A stretch of 64,000 nt of DNA from an uncultured Collinsella sp. (GTDB taxonomy: Bacteria > Actinomycetota > Coriobacteriia > Coriobacteriales > Coriobacteriaceae): contig CABQXN010000001.1 in the NCBI GenBank assembly GCA_902468085.1, positions 73,254 to 137,253 on the forward strand, read 5' to 3'. Positions within the stretch are counted from its first letter, which is position 1; every line of letters begins with the position of its first letter. The translations under genes were made by a program, and so were the position numbers. This document shows positions 41,001 to 50,085 of the stretch, piece by piece. Below the pieces are notes generated by a model, which was given only the letters and a program-made list of their open reading frames with translations, was not told the DNA's origin and searched no databases.

Positions 41001-41330
41001 TACATCAGCGTACTGGAGCGCAAGAAGGAGATCGGCATCCTACGTGCGATCGGTGCGTCGAAGCGCAACGTGGCAAACGTGTTCAACGCCGAGACCTTTA
41101 TCGAGGGCCTCATTGCCGGCGTCTTTGCCATTGTCGTCGTGGTAGCCGTGAGCTTCCCGGTTAATGCCTGGGCGCTTGCGGCCAAACAGGTCCCCAACCT
41201 GATGAGCCTGCCCGCGCAGGATGCGCTGGTGCTCATCTCAATTTCGGTGCTGCTAACGGTCGTTGCCGGCCTGCTGCCTGCCCGCAGCGCATCCAAGAAG
41301 GACCCCGTCGAAGCCCTGCGCTCCGAATAA
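38076..41330 (+). CDS. MacB-type ABC transporter, fused ATP-binding and FtsX-permease protein with large extracytoplasmic domain
   Basis: Walker [10 protein letters not shown], signature [15 protein letters not shown], and a C-terminal FtsX-like 3-TM region. 1,084 aa. Confidence 0.8.
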   Translation: MLELKGICKRYVTQSFTQVALDNVSLSFRDNEFVAILGPSGSGKTTMLNVIGGLDHFDSGDLLIDGISTKDFRDRDWDAYRNNRIGFVFQSYNLIPHQTILENVELALTLTGVGHAERRQRAREALEKVGLGEHVNKRPSQLSGGQMQRVAIARALINDPEIVLADEPTGALDSTTSVQVMDLLKDVARDRLVIMVTHNPELAYQYATRIVNLADGKITDDSDPFDAAKAARREAKPTRKTSMSFVTALGLSARNLMTKKGRTAMTAFAGSIGIIGIAAILALSNGVNGYIKKVEEDTLSSYPLTISKQDYDLSSMMGGQGAADDDSPENVDSSDNSAGGKAKGTDKIPVVTAVKDMFASVKSNDMTSFKAWLDAGGDGIDKEVNAIQYGYGVSPVVYRAGKGGEKPVRLVPNAMTEAMSGGASSAATVSMESMGTSVFNEMIDDQGLLDSQYDVVAGHWPMSANEAVMVLSSRGTVGDYTLYSIGALDIDELNDLVNSAMTADGGVETPETGTDFTYDDALSTTFKVLSPADAYRKNEETGMWTDMSGDVDFMTAKVADGIDVHIVGVVRPNETANASALSPGIAYTHALTRQLMERAADSQIVQEQLAHPETDVFTGKTFDELQGEAKQGVDLSSMFSVDEAALKSAFSFDASALSGAAGGMDLSGIDLSGLDIDLSDVGKDIDFSDIMAKAPAPDFSGIFDGLELTPEQMQQVGILANQLFEGFLQSDQFKALSPEDLKDASKLAAAFSTYLENDAAAQQCLAQLKALGGDALAERLQQAMTDYVQKQLAPYLQQAMDQVMKVISEQIASTVSSQLKAGTAGLMDQMATQMSSSFANLASAMHVDASAFARAIHFNMDAEDLSSLMMSYAKASKLTYDNNLTTLGYADEADPISVKIFPRDFEAKERVLDHIDAYNKQVKAAGHDDRAISYTDYMGIIMGSVTDIVNTISLVLIAFVSISLVVSSIMIGIITYISVLERKKEIGILRAIGASKRNVANVFNAETFIEGLIAGVFAIVVVVAVSFPVNAWALAAKQVPNLMSLPAQDALVLISISVLLTVVAGLLPARSASKKDPVEALRSE

Positions 41331-41359
41331 TGTGACAAAGGGACAGTCCCTTTGTCACA
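41331..41359. repeat. Palindromic repeat TGTGACAAAGGGACAGTCCCTTTGTCACA (family copy 1)
   Basis: Perfect 29-nt palindrome immediately after the ABC gene stop, followed by a second hairpin AGACCC-N10-GGGTCT. Related copies at 47518 and 47830. Confidence 0.8.
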
Positions 41360-41455
41360 TTGAGACCCTTGCGAAAACGGGGTCTAATTACCGTTCGGCA
41401 GGTTAAGAACTCCCTCTCCCCGCTTAATGCTTGACGAAGAGTCCTCTGGTTTATA

Positions 41456-41469
41456 TACCTATCGGTAGG
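41456..41469. promoter_or_regulatory. Candidate TetR operator TACC-N4-GGTAGG overlapping the -10 of the MFS gene promoter
   Basis: TTGACG at 41431-41436, TATATA at 41452-41457, then TACCTATCGGTAGG. The same motif lies upstream of the agmatine deiminase gene at 43633. Confidence 0.45.
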
Positions 41470-41505
41470 CATATAGGATGTATTGCCGATAGAAATGGAG
41501 CAACC

Positions 41506-42786
41506 ATGACTCTCACCACACCAGCCAAAAAAGATTGTCTCCGTGAAAGCGGCGCATTTGCTTGGGTCGTCGTTATTGCGCTCGGCTTAATGTCCGCCGG
41601 AACAACTGGCACATATAGCATTATTGCCGGCTCATTCGTTGCTCCAGTATGTGAAGATCTGGGCTTTGACTACACTTCTTTTTCTTTCTATTTCACCGCG
41701 ATTCTTCTTGGCCTTGCGCTTGGGCTTCCGCTTTTGAGTCGCTTCATTCCAAAAGTAATCGGCAAACCATGGCATATTTGCATTGAACTCGTCCTTATTG
41801 CCGCCGGCGCCGCAATGGCGTTCTACACCGAGGTCTGGATGTTCACCGTCTCCGCCGCAGTGATCGGCATCTGCTTTTCGTTTACAACGGGCGTCTGCAT
41901 GTCCGATGTCATTGACCAATGGTTCAGCAAATCGTCCGGTCTCGCCATCGGCCTCGCTTGGGGCGTTAATTCTCTCTGCACGCTGTTATTGAGTCCTGTC
42001 ATTACACTGGTCATCGAGCAGCAAGGCTGGCGTACGGGATACATCGTGCTTGCGGCCGTTTCTGCAGCTATGATTTTGCCTGCAAGCGCATTTATCATTC
42101 GCCTTAACCCCTCTGATCGCAATATGCTTCCGTACGGAGAGACCGCCTCCGAAACCCATGAGAGCTGCAGCGCCGATGAGCAGGAAGATGTCCTTTCGGG
42201 CATGGCACTCCGCGATGCCGCGAAAACGCCGTCTTTTATTCTCTGTGTCCTCTTGCTTTGCGTGGCGCAGCTCACCTGCTGCATGAACCAGCTGTTTCCA
42301 ACCTATGCAAGCGAGGTCGGTTTCAATCCTATCGTAGGAAGCTTAATGGTCTCGGCAGCTTCACTCTCCGATATCTTCCTAAATCCCTTCGTGGGCAAAA
42401 CATGCGACAAGCTTGGCGCTATTAAAGCAACGGTCGCATGGACAGGTGTCAGCATTCTTTCATTCCTGCTTCTTATCATTGGCGGAAGCAATGAGACCGT
42501 TTCCATCATTGCAGCTGGTGTAAACGATGTCATGTTCGCCATCGTTGGAACCGCAATGCCGATGCTTCTCCTCTCGCTCTTTGGATCACGCGATTTTGGA
42601 AGGATCTATTCGATCGTTTGCTCAGCGGGCTATGTCGTCGGTGCTTTTGGAATGCCGGTCATGATGAAGGTTTACGGCATGGCAGGGTCATTCCAGGGAG
42701 TATTTATCTTCTGCATTGCCTGCAACCTTATGATTGCTGCGTTTGCTATCGTTTCCGGCTTTCTCAATAAGGCTGCTGAAAAGTAA
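41506..42786 (+). CDS. MFS transporter (paralog 1)
   Basis: 12-TM MFS protein. About 60% N-terminal identity with the 46166..47431 gene. Confidence 0.8.
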   Translation: MTLTTPAKKDCLRESGAFAWVVVIALGLMSAGTTGTYSIIAGSFVAPVCEDLGFDYTSFSFYFTAILLGLALGLPLLSRFIPKVIGKPWHICIELVLIAAGAAMAFYTEVWMFTVSAAVIGICFSFTTGVCMSDVIDQWFSKSSGLAIGLAWGVNSLCTLLLSPVITLVIEQQGWRTGYIVLAAVSAAMILPASAFIIRLNPSDRNMLPYGETASETHESCSADEQEDVLSGMALRDAAKTPSFILCVLLLCVAQLTCCMNQLFPTYASEVGFNPIVGSLMVSAASLSDIFLNPFVGKTCDKLGAIKATVAWTGVSILSFLLLIIGGSNETVSIIAAGVNDVMFAIVGTAMPMLLLSLFGSRDFGRIYSIVCSAGYVVGAFGMPVMMKVYGMAGSFQGVFIFCIACNLMIAAFAIVSGFLNKAAEK

Positions 42787-42924
42787 TATGCGCCGATTTG
42801 CATCGGCATAGATTGCCATGCAACAGGGGTCGACTCCAAGCCAGACTGGAGTCGACCCCTGTTTTCGTTTTAAAGGTTGCCCGCAGGCACCATGGGTGCC
42901 AACATGCGCTTCAGCTTGGCTGGT

Positions 42925-43503
42925 TTATTTGAACATAAGCTCGACTATTCCCGCCCAAACCGCTTTCTCATCAATATCCTCACCTTGAGCGACCGTATTG
43001 CTTGCTCCCTCCAGAACGGTATAAAGAATTTGTACGTAGAGCATTACGTCGGCGCTATCGGAAAACGCGCCAATCTCTACGCCATGAAGAAGGATGTCTT
43101 TAAGCGCATCCATGGTTCGTTTGGTCGCCGTCGCTTGACGTTCCTGAACTGCAGGAATTCGATTTGCTTGAACGCTAACCTCGGCCAGCACGCGCCGGCG
43201 CTTTTCATCGCTTCGATAGCCACCTATAACTGAATTGCCGAGCTCGATAAGCGCGGCCTTGAACCCGTCCCTATCGACTATTAGCGAGTAGTCGCGCTGA
43301 TAGTCAATGGTCGGAAACATGCTGTCCAAGAGCGTAGTGAAAATCTCCTCTTTTGAGGGAAAGTAGTAGTACACCGACGGCTTGGATATACCGACAAAGT
43401 CGCAAATCTTTCCGATAGACGCTTTGTCATAACCGACTTCTGCCACAAGATCGTACATTGCGTCCAATATTTTTTTTCTTGTGCTCACGCTGCATTTCTC
43501 CAT
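42925..43503 (-). CDS. TetR/AcrR-family transcriptional regulator
   Basis: RKKILDAMYDLVAEVGYDKASIGKICDFVGISKPSVYYYF is the TetR HTH. Confidence 0.85.
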   Translation of the reverse strand: MEKCSVSTRKKILDAMYDLVAEVGYDKASIGKICDFVGISKPSVYYYFPSKEEIFTTLLDSMFPTIDYQRDYSLIVDRDGFKAALIELGNSVIGGYRSDEKRRRVLAEVSVQANRIPAVQERQATATKRTMDALKDILLHGVEIGAFSDSADVMLYVQILYTVLEGASNTVAQGEDIDEKAVWAGIVELMFK

Positions 43504-43632
43504 TGCAAATCACTTCCGCACTACCAACATTATTAAGGATGGCAACGGAACATCAATTCGTGTCCAAACATGACCACTATATACGGCGAACGGTATGTAT
43601 CAGTAGGCGAGCGGCAATTATTCAAAATTATC

Positions 43633-43646
43633 TACCGAACGGTAGG
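43633..43646. promoter_or_regulatory. Candidate TetR operator TACC-N4-GGTAGG (second copy)
   Basis: TACCGAACGGTAGG lies between the divergent tetR and agmatine deiminase genes. Confidence 0.45.
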
Positions 43647-43727
43647 TATAGTAGTACTATAGCAGGTGAAACCCCGCTATTGTCGCGGCCGGACAGCATC
43701 GCGGGAAACCCGACGGAAGGACCAACC

Positions 43728-44966
43728 ATGTACGAGAACTATCGTATGCCGGGCGAGTTCGAGAAGCGCTCCAACGTCTATGTGACATGGCTTCCCGATT
43801 ACATCCGTGCAGAGGGCTACGATAACCGCCAGCCCTGCGTTGACGTGATCAAGGCTCTGCTCGAGTATGGCGACGTTACGGTCAACCTCAATTGCGGCAC
43901 CCCCGGCTCCTATGAGGAGGCTTGCTCGCGCCTGAAGGAGGAGGGGGCTGATCTCGATCGCATCGAGATCACGCAGTTCGAAGACTCCAACTTCTATGTC
44001 CGCGACAACGGTCCCAGCATCATGGTCGACGACAAGGGCCATTCTTATATGGTCAACCCCGCTTGGACCTATTACGGCGTGTGGGACAAGAACTCCCCGG
44101 AGTGCCAGTCCGCACGTAAGGCAGCCGTTCACATGGCGGTTGCGCTCGGTTGCTTCGATATCGTCAATTCCGAAATGGTTTCGGAGGGCGGCGACCGCGA
44201 GTTTGACGGTCACGGCACTCTGATCGCCATCGAGGACACGGAATGCCGCAAGCGTAATCCCGAGTTCACGAAAGAGGAAGTAGAGGCCGAGTATAAGCGC
44301 ATCTACAACCTCAACAAGGTTATCTGGCTTCCGCAGCCTATGCTCGAGGACGACGACTATCGACTGGGCATCCTCGACGAGAAGGAAGACGGAACTCCCG
44401 TCTTTGGCATGAGCTTTGCAGCTCACATTGATGAGATGTGTCGCTTTATCACTCCGAACAAGATTCTTCTTGCCGAGGTGTCCGATGAAGAGGCAGCCTC
44501 GAGCAAGGCTGGAGCAGAGTCTCGTCGCCGCATTGAGGCAGCCTACGAGATCCTGAGCAACGAAACGGACTGGGAGGGCAAGCCCTTCGAGATCGTTCGT
44601 ATGCCCACCGCCGAGCCTATTGAAGTCGTTATCGCCCCTGGCGATGAAGATTACGAGCTCTATAAGGGCTTCATCGACGAAATGGGCGGCAAGTTTATGG
44701 ATGGCACCCCCTGGCCCGAGGGCCCCGTCCACTTCTACGCCGCAGCGAGCTACTGCAACTTCCTGATTTGCAACGGCGTCGTTCTTGGCCAGCGTTATTA
44801 CCACGAGGGCATGAGCGAGGTCGTGAAAGAGAAGGATGAGCAGGCCAAGGCAGTTCTTGAGAGCTGCTTCCCCGATCGCAAAGTCATCATGATTGATTCC
44901 CTCGCGCTTAACCTGTCCGGCGGCGGCGTGCACTGCTGGACTAAGGACGTGGCGGCCAGTCGTTAG
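43728..44966 (+). CDS. aguA: Agmatine deiminase family protein (PAD_porph superfamily)
   Basis: 412 aa. C-terminal LSGGGVHCWTKDV holds the catalytic Cys of agmatine deiminases. RBS GGAAGG at 43715. Confidence 0.75.
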   Translation: MYENYRMPGEFEKRSNVYVTWLPDYIRAEGYDNRQPCVDVIKALLEYGDVTVNLNCGTPGSYEEACSRLKEEGADLDRIEITQFEDSNFYVRDNGPSIMVDDKGHSYMVNPAWTYYGVWDKNSPECQSARKAAVHMAVALGCFDIVNSEMVSEGGDREFDGHGTLIAIEDTECRKRNPEFTKEEVEAEYKRIYNLNKVIWLPQPMLEDDDYRLGILDEKEDGTPVFGMSFAAHIDEMCRFITPNKILLAEVSDEEAASSKAGAESRRRIEAAYEILSNETDWEGKPFEIVRMPTAEPIEVVIAPGDEDYELYKGFIDEMGGKFMDGTPWPEGPVHFYAAASYCNFLICNGVVLGQRYYHEGMSEVVKEKDEQAKAVLESCFPDRKVIMIDSLALNLSGGGVHCWTKDVAASR

Positions 44967-45089
44967 TGAGCCTTAGAGCCTGCGCTCTTTGGCTTAGGCG
45001 CCACATGTACCGCTCCCCGAGGGATATCCGTGTTTTCCTCGGGGACACATTCAACAATAATTTTGATAATAATTCGAAAGGAAATAGGC

Positions 45090-46154
45090 ATGAACAACAG
45101 CCTCCGCGGTCGCGACTACATCAACATCCATGATCTCTCCTCCGAGGATTTCCGCTATCTCATCGATCTTGCCTGGAACCTTAAGGCTCAGAAGAAGTCT
45201 GGTGTCGACCAGCGCTACTTCCCCGGCAAAAACGTCCTCGCCAACTTTGAGTGGGGCTCGACCCGTACTCGTTGCGCATTCGAGACCTCCTGCAATGATT
45301 TGGGCATGGGCTTCACTTATCTGACCAACTCCCACATGGGTGACTGCGAGACCGTCAAGGATGCCATGCGCGTCTTTAACGGCATGTACGATCTCATCGT
45401 CTACCGCGCACAGAAGGACGAGCAGTTCCTCTATGACGTCGCCGACCTGGTTGACATCCCGGTCATCAATGCCCTTACTCTCGGCGATCACCCGACTCAG
45501 ATGCTCGCTGACGCTCTTACGATGGAAGAGCAATGGGGCGGTCTGCGTACGAGCCGCGGCAAGAAGATGGCTTTCGTTGGCAACTGCGCCGGCGCCCCAG
45601 TGTGGTATGGCCGTCTGTGCGCTATGCTCGACATGGACTTCCTCGCCATCGGCCCCGACGACCTCCGTCATCAGATGTGCAAGGAAATGATCGAAGAGGT
45701 GGAGGCCTGCTACGCCAAGTACGCTCCCAATAGGACCTTTACCATCACCTCTGACCTCGATGCCCTGGATGGCGTTGACGTTATCGTTACCGAGGAGTGG
45801 CGCTACATCAACCCCGAGTGCGGAGAAGAGGTTCTGGATCCCGACGACTACAACTCCTGGTTGGGCGATGCCGAGTCTCTGTACCCCTATCGCGTCACCA
45901 GCGAGCTGTGCAAGCGCACCAACAATCCCGACATCTTCTGCATGCATGAGCTTCCCTCTGTCCACAACGCGGATCACCGTGTTGGCAAGATGCTCCTCGA
46001 CCAGTGCAAGAACGACCTTCATCGCGAGATCATCACCGAGGGTTTCGAGATTGCCGACGAGTGCTTTGAGGCCAACGCTTCGGTCATCTTCCGTGAGGCA
46101 GAGAACCGTCAGCACACCATCAAGGCCGTTATGTGTGCCCTTCTGGGTCTCTAG
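45090..46154 (+). CDS. Putrescine/ornithine carbamoyltransferase
   Basis: STRTR carbamoyl-phosphate motif, HPTQ, and FCMHELP (HCLP-like). Its position next to the agmatine deiminase gene suggests putrescine carbamoyltransferase. Confidence 0.75.
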   Translation: MNNSLRGRDYINIHDLSSEDFRYLIDLAWNLKAQKKSGVDQRYFPGKNVLANFEWGSTRTRCAFETSCNDLGMGFTYLTNSHMGDCETVKDAMRVFNGMYDLIVYRAQKDEQFLYDVADLVDIPVINALTLGDHPTQMLADALTMEEQWGGLRTSRGKKMAFVGNCAGAPVWYGRLCAMLDMDFLAIGPDDLRHQMCKEMIEEVEACYAKYAPNRTFTITSDLDALDGVDVIVTEEWRYINPECGEEVLDPDDYNSWLGDAESLYPYRVTSELCKRTNNPDIFCMHELPSVHNADHRVGKMLLDQCKNDLHREIITEGFEIADECFEANASVIFREAENRQHTIKAVMCALLGL

Positions 46155-46165
46155 GAGCTGCGTCA

Positions 46166-47431
46166 ATGGAAAATGCAAAGTTAAAGAGCAGCAAGGTTTA
46201 CGCATGGGTTCTCGTAATCGCGCTCGGCCTTATGTCTGCCGGCACGACCGGATCCTATAGCGTCATCGCGGGCTCCTTCGTCGCACCCGTGTGCGAGGAG
46301 TTCGGGTTTGACTATTCCATCTTCTCGTATTACTTCACCGCAACGCTCATTGGTCTTGCGGCAGCTCTTCCGTTTGTCGGAAAACTCATTCCCAAGGTCG
46401 TTGGCAAGGTTTGGCTCCCCGTTGTCGAGCTTATTTTGCTCGCTGCCGGCGCAGGCATGGCCTTCTACACCGAAGTCTGGATGTTCATCGCCGCTGGCGC
46501 CCTGATTGGCGTTTGCTTCGCCTTCACCACCGGCGTCGCTATGTCCGACGTTATTGACCAGTGGTTCAAAAAATCTGGTGGCCTGGCAATCGGTCTCGCT
46601 TGGGCAGTGAACTCGATTTACATGCTCATCATGAGTCCCGTCATCACCTCTGTCATCGAGGCCGCTGGCTGGAGAACTGGTTATCTGGTGCTCGCCGGTG
46701 TTTCCGCAGTGCTCATTCTCCCAGCTTCCATTCTGATCATCCGCTACAAGCCTCAGGACAAGGGCATGCTGCCCTATGGCTACGTCGAGGGCGAGACGGT
46801 CACCGAGACCGAGGAGACGACCGAGGATAGCACGCGTGGCGTTAGCTATGCGCGCGCCATTAAGTCGCCTGCCTTCTTCTTCTGCATCGGCTTCCTCTGT
46901 CTCGTTCAGCTCACTTGCTGCATGAACCAGCTCTTCCCGACGTATGCTTCCGAGGTTGGTTTTAGCCCCATGGTGGGCGGCTTCATGGTATCCGCTGCAT
47001 CGCTCTTCGATCTGTTCCTCAATCCGATCGTCGGCACCACTTGCGATAGGTTCGGCAGCACGAAGGCCATTCTGGGCTGGCTCGCTGTCTCCATCCTCTC
47101 CTTTGTCATGCTCATGATGAGCAGCGGCAACTCGACGCTCAGCATCCTCGCAGCAGGCGTGAACGACGTAATGTACGTCATCGCTGGCACTGCCCTGACC
47201 GTTTTGGTTATGGATGTCTTTGGCTCCCGCGATTTCGGTCGCATCTTCGCGCTGATCTGCTCCGTGGGCTATATCGTCGGCGCCTTTGGCATGCCCGTTA
47301 TGATGAAGGTCTATGAGCTTGTCGGCTCCTTCCAGGGCGTCTTCATCTTCTGCATCGCATGCAACGTTATTATCGGCCTGTTCTTGCTGCTGGCAAAAAA
47401 GACTGGTAAGAACCTCTCCTGGGACGAATAG
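46166..47431 (+). CDS. MFS transporter (paralog 2)
   Basis: Paralog of 41506..42786. RBS AGGAG at 46153. Confidence 0.8.
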   Translation: MENAKLKSSKVYAWVLVIALGLMSAGTTGSYSVIAGSFVAPVCEEFGFDYSIFSYYFTATLIGLAAALPFVGKLIPKVVGKVWLPVVELILLAAGAGMAFYTEVWMFIAAGALIGVCFAFTTGVAMSDVIDQWFKKSGGLAIGLAWAVNSIYMLIMSPVITSVIEAAGWRTGYLVLAGVSAVLILPASILIIRYKPQDKGMLPYGYVEGETVTETEETTEDSTRGVSYARAIKSPAFFFCIGFLCLVQLTCCMNQLFPTYASEVGFSPMVGGFMVSAASLFDLFLNPIVGTTCDRFGSTKAILGWLAVSILSFVMLMMSSGNSTLSILAAGVNDVMYVIAGTALTVLVMDVFGSRDFGRIFALICSVGYIVGAFGMPVMMKVYELVGSFQGVFIFCIACNVIIGLFLLLAKKTGKNLSWDE

Positions 47432-47517
47432 TTCGATTCGTCTTAGACATACGCTGTAGGGCTTAACCTGCAGCCGCTTTGGGGCATCGACTAACATCGG
47501 TGCCCTTTTTCATCGAA

Positions 47518-47546
47518 TGTGACAAAGGAGCAGCCACTTTGTCACA
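47518..47546. repeat. Palindromic repeat TGTGACAAAGGAGCAGCCACTTTGTCACA (family copy 2)
   Basis: 10-bp arms identical to copy 1, and the same ATTGAG follows it. Confidence 0.75.
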
Positions 47547-47563
47547 TTGAGTGGCATGTAAAT

Positions 47564-47745
47564 CGAGGTCTAATACTTTTCCGAGAAGTGAACGGCCATA
47601 CTTGGGCCTCCGAAGCATCGACATTTTTAGACGTCAAACCCGCAGGATTTGGCTGGCAAAACCGCAGGAAATTGCATCTCGAAAGTGCAGATGCTTCGGG
47701 GCCCGTTTTCACTCGTTCACTTCTCGGGAAAAGTATTAGACCTCG
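47564..47745. mobile_element. MITE-like element with 31-bp terminal inverted repeats
   Basis: CGAGGTCTAATACTTTTCCGAGAAGTGAACG is inverted against CGTTCACTTCTCGGGAAAAGTATTAGACCTCG (1 indel). The 120-bp core has an internal inverted repeat CCGAAGCATC/GATGCTTCGG and a direct repeat AAACCCGCAGGA. Confidence 0.5.
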
Positions 47746-47829
47746 TTGTATGGGGTGCGGCTGGAGGGTGGTCATCGTTCAGTAGCTACCTCTTCCTTGT
47801 GAATCGCCTGAAGCGCAAGGCATAATGCA

Positions 47830-47858
47830 TGTGACAAAGGGACGGCCCCTTTGTTGTG
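47830..47858. repeat. Palindromic repeat family copy 3 (degenerate: TGTGACAAAGGGACGGCCCCTTTGTTGTG)
   Basis: The left arm is identical and the right arm degraded. Lies 20 nt upstream of the Dus gene. Confidence 0.6.
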
Positions 47859-47878
47859 TTGATATGAGAGAAGAGTAG

Positions 47879-48832
47879 ATGATCCTTTCGCTGGCCCCCA
47901 TGGAGGGGATTACCGGGCATGTGTTCCGTCGCGTGCATGCGGAGTGCTTCGGTGCGCTCGATTGCTATTACACGCCATTTTTGCCGCCGCCGCGGGTGGG
48001 AAACCGCTTTGGCGGCAAGGCGTTTAAGGAGATCGATCCTGCCAATAACCAGGGGCTCAACGTGGTGCCTCAGCTGATGTCCAAGAACGCGGACGAGTTT
48101 GTGTGGGCGGCACAGGTGCTCGCTGACATGGGCTACCGCGAGGTCAATCTCAACTTGGGTTGCCCTTCGGGAACGGTTGTCGCCAAGGGCAAGGGCTCGG
48201 GTTTCTTGCGCAATCTCGACGAGCTCGAGGCGTTCTTAAGCGATGTGTGCGAGCGGTCGCCGTTGCCGGTATCGGTCAAAACTAGGCTGGGGCTCGAGGA
48301 CGACGACGAGTATGAGCGCGTGCTCGATCTGTATTGCCGCATGCCGCTAACAGAGCTGATCGTGCATCCGCGCGTACAGAAGGACCGTTATACAGGCTCA
48401 CCGCGCAAAGAGTTCTATGGCGAGACGCTGGAACGTGCGCCGTTTCCGGTGGCATACAACGGCGATATTTTTGATCTTGAGGATATGGATGCGCTGGTGG
48501 AGGCCTATCCCGGGACACGCCATGTGATGCTGGGGCGTGGCTTGCTTGCGAATCCCGCTCTCGCTCGCATGGTCAAGGGCGGCCCTGCTGCCACGGCAGC
48601 CGAACTGCAGCGTTTCCACGACACGCTGTTTGCGGCCTATGCAGAAGAGATTGGCGGTAACGCGGTCTTTCGTATGAAGGAGTGGTGGTTCTACGCCAAG
48701 TGCGCTTTCGTCGACCCCGCTACCGTTCACAAGCTCGTACGTAAGACCAAAAAGGTCGACGAATACCGCGCCGCCGTCGAGCGGGTCTTTCGCGAGCAGC
48801 CACTCGCACCCATAGCTCGCTTCCGCGGCTAG
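47879..48832 (+). CDS. tRNA-dihydrouridine synthase
   Basis: MILSLAPMEGITGHVFRR...NLNLGCPS is the Dus family FMN/active-site region. 317 aa. Confidence 0.85.
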   Translation: MILSLAPMEGITGHVFRRVHAECFGALDCYYTPFLPPPRVGNRFGGKAFKEIDPANNQGLNVVPQLMSKNADEFVWAAQVLADMGYREVNLNLGCPSGTVVAKGKGSGFLRNLDELEAFLSDVCERSPLPVSVKTRLGLEDDDEYERVLDLYCRMPLTELIVHPRVQKDRYTGSPRKEFYGETLERAPFPVAYNGDIFDLEDMDALVEAYPGTRHVMLGRGLLANPALARMVKGGPAATAAELQRFHDTLFAAYAEEIGGNAVFRMKEWWFYAKCAFVDPATVHKLVRKTKKVDEYRAAVERVFREQPLAPIARFRG

Positions 48833-48837
48833 TTAGA

Positions 48838-48885
48838 CATCGGGGACGTTCTTTAGCGACTAGTCATTTAAGAACGTCCCCGATG
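48838..48885 (+). terminator. Terminator hairpin after the Dus gene (16-bp perfect stem)
   Basis: CATCGGGGACGTTCTT-N16-AAGAACGTCCCCGATG. Confidence 0.7.
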
Positions 48886-48960
48886 ACTACCCGCAAAAAC
48901 TGTACACCAGCATCCAAAGATGTCGAAAGATGTCGACTTTGGATGCTGGCGTATATGTTT
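48868..48960. repeat. 93-bp direct repeat, copy 1 (includes the CCAGCATCCAAAG...CTTTGGATGCTGG hairpin)
   Basis: Matches 49954..50043 with about 6 mismatches. Confidence 0.75.
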
Positions 48961-48981
48961 GGGTCGGCGGGGGAGTTGAGT

Positions 48982-49248
48982 TTAGGCAATCATTGCATCG
49001 AGCGTGATGAGCTCCCTGAGTCGCTCCGTGCGTGTTTGCCCATGGCGCTTTGCTTTTGCGTCAAGGGCTTCAAGGACCGATTCGCCCACACGTGCCGATA
49101 AAACAACGCTTGGCTCATCGGAGATCGACGGCCTTCCCAGCTTGATGGTGCGACCCTTCGGCCATTCATCTTTTTCGTATGCCTCTGCGGCTTTCTCCAA
49201 CTCTCCGGGGGCAAACCCCATCATTTTTTCGAGCTGCTTAGCGTCCAT
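48982..49248 (-). CDS. Ribbon-helix-helix (CopG/BrnA-like) antitoxin-family protein, no adjacent toxin
   Basis: 88 aa. C-terminal SARVGESVLEALDAKAKRHGQTRTERLRELI is an RHH motif. No partner ORF on either side. Confidence 0.5.
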   Translation of the reverse strand: MDAKQLEKMMGFAPGELEKAAEAYEKDEWPKGRTIKLGRPSISDEPSVVLSARVGESVLEALDAKAKRHGQTRTERLRELITLDAMIA

Positions 49249-49652
49249 AGCGTCTCCTATCGATCGGCATAATGTCGAGCACAGGTCAACGGATAATCTT
49301 TTTGTATACAGTCTTGTAGACAAAAAAACAAACAGTTTATCAGGCTAATTAGCTTGTTTTGACCCGCGTGTTCGATAGAAAATGAGCATTGACGGCTTCG
49401 ATACTCCTTTGCTTTTCAGCCTGGAATTTGGATGCTCATTGAACTTCCGGAGGGGAGCGCTTTATTAAGCTATCGAGATTCTGGGCAGGAGCTCTCACTG
49501 GTCTTCGATAATGGGACCAGCTTAATTCGCGACACAGTGTGTCGCGAATGGGAGTAGTCGTTAGGTGTCCTTCAATGGCTAATCATATAAGAACGTCCAA
49601 GTGCCGGATTTTGTCATTTAGTGTCGTCCTCAGCGGCTATTCTGGAGGGTCG

Positions 49653-49880
49653 TGGTCAAAAAAGGGCAAATATGAGTACTGTTGCCATTATAGTTGCATT
49701 TATTTTGCTATAAATAGTAACTCCTGATGAGATTTGTTCCCATTAGGAGCTACTTTTATTGAACATATGAGGAGAAATAGCGTCGTCTGCGGACGTATGG
49801 AACGTTGAATAGTTCCTGAAGTGATCAAAATCGCTGCTACTAAACAGATAGCAGTACTCATATTTGCCCTTTTTTGACCA
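49653..49880. mobile_element. AT-rich element bounded by perfect 29-bp inverted repeats (MITE-like)
   Basis: TGGTCAAAAAAGGGCAAATATGAGTACTG and its exact reverse complement flank a 170-bp AT-rich core. Degenerate IR extensions reach about 40 bp. Confidence 0.5.
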
Positions 49881-49953
49881 CAGCCCTCTCGGAAACCCTT
49901 TCCAGAGGCGTCAAACAGCCATAATCCAAAGGCCGCCTCAAACAATTAGCCGG

Positions 49954-50043
49954 TTAAGAGCGTCCATGACTACCCGCAAAAGCTGTACACCAGCATCCAA
50001 AGATGTCGAAAAATGACGACTTTGGATGCTGGTGTACATGTTT
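49954..50043. repeat. 93-bp direct repeat, copy 2
   Basis: See copy 1. The two copies bracket the RHH gene and the IR element. Confidence 0.75.
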
Positions 50044-50085
50044 AGGCCGTATGGGGTGGGGCCTTGGGCGGACGGGATGCGCATG

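Noticed and set aside
41331-41359. TGTGA...TCACA arms as a CRP/FNR binding site
   Set aside because: The half-sites are 19 nt apart instead of 6, and the whole unit is a perfect extended palindrome typical of REP-like repeats or terminators.
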